Below, one piece after another: positions 17,593 through 21,591 of a stretch of DNA of 21,591 nucleotides; position 1 is the stretch's first letter, and every line of letters starts with the position of its first letter. Position numbers and translations under genes: made by a program. The notes below the pieces were generated by a model. That model made no database searches and had not been told where the DNA came from. It saw nothing but the letters and a program-made list of their open reading frames with translations. The DNA comes from an uncultured Verrucomicrobiales bacterium (GTDB lineage Bacteria; Verrucomicrobiota; Verrucomicrobiia; Verrucomicrobiales; DEV007), in the NCBI GenBank assembly GCA_938091905.1, contig CALKOM010000199.1:1-21591 (forward strand), given 5' to 3'.

Positions 17593-19004
17593 AGGTTACG
17601 ACTCTTGAACTCGATGAATGTGTGCCCACTAAACAACGTGGAAAACTTCGCTGGCTGCCTTCCAAGCAGGGTTGGCGACGCCTCGTAGTCATCGCCACCC
17701 TTGTTGCTGTCGCATGGCAGGTAGAGAACTGGCGCGGACGCCGCACCTGGAAGGCGGGCCTCCAAGAGATCGAAGCTAACCGGCAAACGCTCGAATGGAG
17801 AACGTTCTTGCCCGATCATCTGAATGCCGCTAAACATCCGATCTTTGCCGATGTTTGTTGCCACGCATCGGGTTACAAGCCCTACGGCTATTTCATCGAT
17901 CTAAATATCCTCATTGATTGCTTCTTGTTAGGAATGCCAAAGATCCGATGGAGCGATTCAAAGGCGCCACTTACTGCATGATATCAGACTCATGGTATCG
18001 ATACTCCTCAAGAATTTATCTAACAGACCCAGCAGGTATTACCTATCATTGACGGTCTCGAGGAACCGTTCTCTCGCCCACACTGCCAGTGGTTCAGATA
18101 TACTGAACTGACCGAGAACGAGCACCCGCCTCAAGTCATCGACTCTACCAATAGCATGACCCGACTCCGATGGCTCATTCGAGGACGTGTCATGGCTCAT
18201 CTAGAGGTTGGCAACTCTGAGCTAGCAAGACAAGAGCTCGGAGTCTTCATAGACTTTAGGCAATCCGCGTCTAAAGGCCCGGATCTCCTTGCGATGCTCA
18301 TCACGAACACAGCAACCCAGATCGTTATCGAGTCTACCAAATCTATTCTCCATCACCGAAACTGGGCTCCAGAGGACTTGCTCTTCCTTCGCCATCAGTT
18401 GATGGCAATAGATCTGCTAGAGGACTACGCTACGAGCCTACGGTTTGCGATGGCTTCAGCGGTTGATCGCCTCACCAAAGTTCTTGACCAAGATTAGAGC
18501 ACCCCGTTCTTCTATGACTCAGATCGCCCCAGGCTAAATGCCGTTGCTCGGTCCGTCCCCAACGGTTGGCACTATCAGAACTTTGCGCGCGCCTACTGGT
18601 ATTGGAACGAACATATCGTTGGAACCTACGATTCTGAGCGTAAGCGAATTCTAACAACCAACCGGACACCTCGCGTCGATCAGTGTTACAAGTGTCCTTC
18701 TCCTTACACCATCACTGCGGATACGCTTGGCGAAATCAACTTCACGAACTTCCTCAAGACTGCCGCCACCAACCAAACCCGGGTCGACCTCCTTGCCGTT
18801 CTTTGCAAGCTCCAAAAGCACAGACTGACATACGGTCAGTTTCCCCAGTCCATGGAAGCCCTGACGTCGTGGCTGCTTGACTACGTTACCGGCAAACCTC
18901 CATTTTACGAACGACGCCCTGATGGCTCTATCCTCTTAGCCTCGCTTGACTGGGCCATGAAAAGCAATCCTGACGACTATGTGGTCCGTCTAGAACTGCC
19001 CTGA
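17589..19004 (+). pseudogene. Membrane-anchored hypothetical protein (ENWRG..W type, GspG-C-terminal-like tail), three in-frame stops
   Basis: Single frame from ATG 17589 to TGA 19002-19004, interrupted by TGA 17979, TAA 18021 and TAG 18495. N-terminal TM then VENWRGRRTW; PNGWHYQN; tail LQKHRLTYGQFPQSMEAL...DYVTGKPPFYERRPDGSILLASLDW. Confidence 0.8.
18879..18953 (+). repeat. Diverged direct repeat, copy 2
   Basis: Matches 17462-17536 at 61/75 nt. Confidence 0.9.
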
Positions 19005-19047
19005 ATACGGGCTTGTCATCAGCGATAGACGGCCCTTCGTTTAACGA

Positions 19048-20895
19048 GTGTTCTTTCGCCTCCTCTTCACTCTCGTTGCTTTCACTGTCTTTGGTTCACG
19101 TGGTGTCGCCGTCCCAGAGGCACCTTCCATGCTGACTGGCTTTGCAGTTAATTCGAGCACGATTACACTTCAATGGGAGGACAATTCTTCCGCCGAAATG
19201 TCGTTCGAAATTCAAATCAAACAGAACGATGGAGACTTCCGAACCCTTGGTTTTGCTCAACCTAATACTGTCGAGGTCAACATTACTCGACTAACACCAG
19301 GACACATCTACTCGTTCCAAATTGCCGCTGTCGATGAGGAAGGCACCTCATCGTTCTCGAACACGTTTGAACAACTCCTTCGAGTTCTCGTCCTGGTCGA
19401 GTCCGCTGAATACTTCGGTGTCGCAGGTGAGGCCTTCTCTCAAACCTTCACCTTTCGAGACACCGCGACGGATGAAACGTTCGCAGCAACCTCAGCGAAT
19501 CTTCCTGACGGACTGGTTATCGATCCTACAACGGGCACGGTATCGGGCACGCTAACTGGTGGCCAGTACACTGGTTTCTCCGTGACACCAGCAGCACAAG
19601 AGCATGCTCACGAACAAAACGTGGTGCTCGATGTAGATGCTGCTCCCGTGATTATCCAAGAAGCCAAAGCGGACATCTTAGTTGGGGCCACGACCGTGAT
19701 CGACCTTGATAAATTCTTCAAAGATCCTGACACTGCCTCTACGGTTCGTTTCGAAACGGCCGAGGGTACCGTGGATGTCGGGCTCTTCAACGATACCGCA
19801 CCGAATACGGTGCGGAACTTCTATTCATATGCCGATCCAGGGACCTGGAACGGCACATTTATCCACCGAGCCGCCAAGCTTCAGGATGGAACACCGTTCG
19901 TCAATCAAGGGGGCGGCTATCGCCCAATTGGAGACGGCACCTATGAGAGCATTCCCGATCGCGGCCCAATCGACAACGAATTCTCAAGGACGAGGCCAAA
20001 CGGCAAGGGGACCATTTCCATGGCCAAAGCGGGAGGAAACCCTAACAGCGCAACCAACGAGTGGTTCTTTAGCTTAGCCAACAACACACGCATCCTCGAT
20101 CCACAGAACGGCGGGTTTACCGTGTTTGGTAAGGTTCTTGGGGACGGCATGACCGTACTCAGTAGAATCAACGACCTCCCAAGAGATACTTACGAATTCT
20201 CGTTGGACGGCTTCGATCGCTCATTTGCAGATTGGCCCCTTCGAAATGGAGCCACCTCAGTTGCAAATCCAGATGATTTGGTATCTGTTAGCTCAGTTCA
20301 CCGCGTCCCTTCTCTTTCCTATATCGTGACGACACCAATGAGCACTCCTTTCACAAGTTCGATCGCTGGAAGCATGCTGACTCTGGAAGCGGCCATCGAT
20401 TTTACGGGCACTGTTCCGATTTCAATCGGGGCAAGCGATCTCGATGGTCATTCCTCTAGCCATACGTTCTCCATCACTGCCGTCAGCGAGCCTACAAGCT
20501 TTGCAACCTATGCCGCCAAGTTTGGGATTCAAAATGAACCTCTGGCTAACGATGATGGCGACACGCTCACCGCGATCATTGAATATGCCCTCGGCCTCGA
20601 TCCGACAACAAACTCTTCTCAACTACCTACCGTTTCGGACGCAGGAGATACCCCTACACTTTCCTTTCCTCTGATCACGGATCTCGATGAAATCGTGGCC
20701 ACGGTAGAAACTTCTATAGATGCCGAAATATGGAGCACCGCATGGTCTTCTCTCGACGGCCTGACACCAGCAGGAAATCTAGTATCCGTATTACCCGATG
20801 ATATTGGTATACTTAACCAAATCACCGTGAGTTCGGGACGTGATTTAGAAGAACACCCTCAGCAGTTCATGCGATTGCGCGTGTCGATGAACTAG
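19048..20895 (+). CDS. Secreted multidomain cyclophilin-type peptidylprolyl isomerase (FN3 + putative Ig + cyclophilin + C-terminal domain)
   Basis: Signal peptide; FN3 (ITLQWEDNSSAE...LTPGHIYSFQIAA); Ig repeat (NLPDGLVIDPTTGTVSGT); cyclophilin (APNTVRNF, FIHR, QGGG, GTISMAK, PNSATNEWFFSL, LDPQNGGFTVFGKV); tail EYALGLDP...W...QFMRLRVS. Confidence 0.88.
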   Translation: MFFRLLFTLVAFTVFGSRGVAVPEAPSMLTGFAVNSSTITLQWEDNSSAEMSFEIQIKQNDGDFRTLGFAQPNTVEVNITRLTPGHIYSFQIAAVDEEGTSSFSNTFEQLLRVLVLVESAEYFGVAGEAFSQTFTFRDTATDETFAATSANLPDGLVIDPTTGTVSGTLTGGQYTGFSVTPAAQEHAHEQNVVLDVDAAPVIIQEAKADILVGATTVIDLDKFFKDPDTASTVRFETAEGTVDVGLFNDTAPNTVRNFYSYADPGTWNGTFIHRAAKLQDGTPFVNQGGGYRPIGDGTYESIPDRGPIDNEFSRTRPNGKGTISMAKAGGNPNSATNEWFFSLANNTRILDPQNGGFTVFGKVLGDGMTVLSRINDLPRDTYEFSLDGFDRSFADWPLRNGATSVANPDDLVSVSSVHRVPSLSYIVTTPMSTPFTSSIAGSMLTLEAAIDFTGTVPISIGASDLDGHSSSHTFSITAVSEPTSFATYAAKFGIQNEPLANDDGDTLTAIIEYALGLDPTTNSSQLPTVSDAGDTPTLSFPLITDLDEIVATVETSIDAEIWSTAWSSLDGLTPAGNLVSVLPDDIGILNQITVSSGRDLEEHPQQFMRLRVSMN

Positions 20896-21591
20896 GGTGT
20901 GTTTTATAACACTATCTGGTGGAAGATTACGAAGCCTGATGTAAGATCAATTTCCAACATAAAACAGATCAACGAACACGCAAAAGCGGGTCCTCAAGCC
21001 AAGGCCCTAAAAAAATTGGTCTGATGCCGGAGGAGGCATACTAACGCTAAGTAAGGAGGGCGGTAGACCCCCGATGGATATCTTGGTCGTTTTGAGAGCG
21101 ATTCTCTAACGATTTAGACAAGGCTGTAGCTGGCGAACGCTGTCCATCTTTGGCCATTGGGAGACAATCTACGGACATTGGCACAGGTGGGTTGACATGG
21201 GTATCTGGGAACAGATCCTTGCTGAATTCTTTATGAGGGCGAAGGGGAAACTCTGGGGCATCGACTCAACGATTTGCCGAGTTCACAAGCATGCCTTCGG
21301 TGGCGTGAAAGGCGCTGACTATCAGGACATTGGAACAAGCCGTGGAGGTTCCAATACGAAGATTCATGCCCTCTGTGACGCCAAAGGAAAGATCATAGAC
21401 ATCTTTCTGAACCCGGGGCATCGACATGATTCCAACTACGCCGAACTCCTATGCGACGATGTCCCAAAGGGGATCACGATCCTTGCTGACAAAGCTTATG
21501 ACGGCGACAGACTGATCCAGTTTTTGAAAGAGCGGGATGTGAAGTTCTGTATTCCATCGAAGAGGAATCGAACAAGCGCTCGGAAGGTAAA
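20896..21591 (+). mobile_element. IS5 family (IS427-like) insertion sequence with disrupted transposase; runs off the window
   Basis: Frame 2 from ~21011: GGRPP...AIL*RFRQGCSWRTL..FGHWETIY..W.RW...GIWEQI...IDSTICRVH...GTSRGGSNTKIHALCD...ADKAYD...IPSKRNR. In-frame TAA at 21008 and 21107. The left end GGTGTGTT directly follows CTAG. Confidence 0.88.

Noticed and set aside
436..18497. Stop-codon reassignment (TGA or TAG read as Trp)
   Set aside because: Intact genes terminate at TGA (recQ, hppA, GTPase A) and TAG (RRM, GTPase B, cyclophilin). All three stop types occur internally, and the same broken genes often also carry frameshifts.
17462..18953. Diversity-generating retroelement TR/VR pair
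   Set aside because: Mismatches are not adenine-specific, are mostly synonymous, and there is no reverse transcriptase in the window.
1020..20825. Numerous short antisense or alternate-frame ORFs inside rtcB, recQ, the GTPases, OPT, hppA and the cyclophilin gene
   Set aside because: Shadow ORFs of real coding sequence with no independent support.
1..21591. CRISPR arrays, rRNA, tRNA or prophage genes
   Set aside because: No regularly spaced repeats, RNA gene signatures or phage hallmark proteins were seen.

Overview
About 21.6 kb of bacterial chromosome. The gene families and C-terminal domains suggest Verrucomicrobiota (inference). In order: (1) the broken 3' part of a lamin-tail/CotH kinase gene; (2) a minus-strand cluster of recQ-like helicase, a ~240-nt structured intergenic RNA, an RRM RNA-binding protein and an rtcB RNA ligase; (3) a divergent, intact, overlapping pair of uncharacterised P-loop GTPases with helical stalks and C-terminal membrane segments (dynamin-like); (4) a secreted-protein pseudogene; (5) an OPT transporter, a stand-alone cNMP-binding protein and a K+-dependent, probably Na+-pumping, pyrophosphatase (hppA); (6) a decayed ECF sigma / anti-sigma / tandem-paralogue locus; (7) a secreted FN3-Ig-cyclophilin protein; (8) a degenerate IS5-family element running off the end. 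Surface and regulatory genes carry many nonsense and frameshift lesions while housekeeping genes and the GTPase pair are intact, which points to ongoing genome erosion. The best candidates for an undescribed system are the dynamin-like GTPase pair and the structured RNA + membrane-helix RRM + RtcB module. All family calls come from motif recognition by eye; no searches were run.
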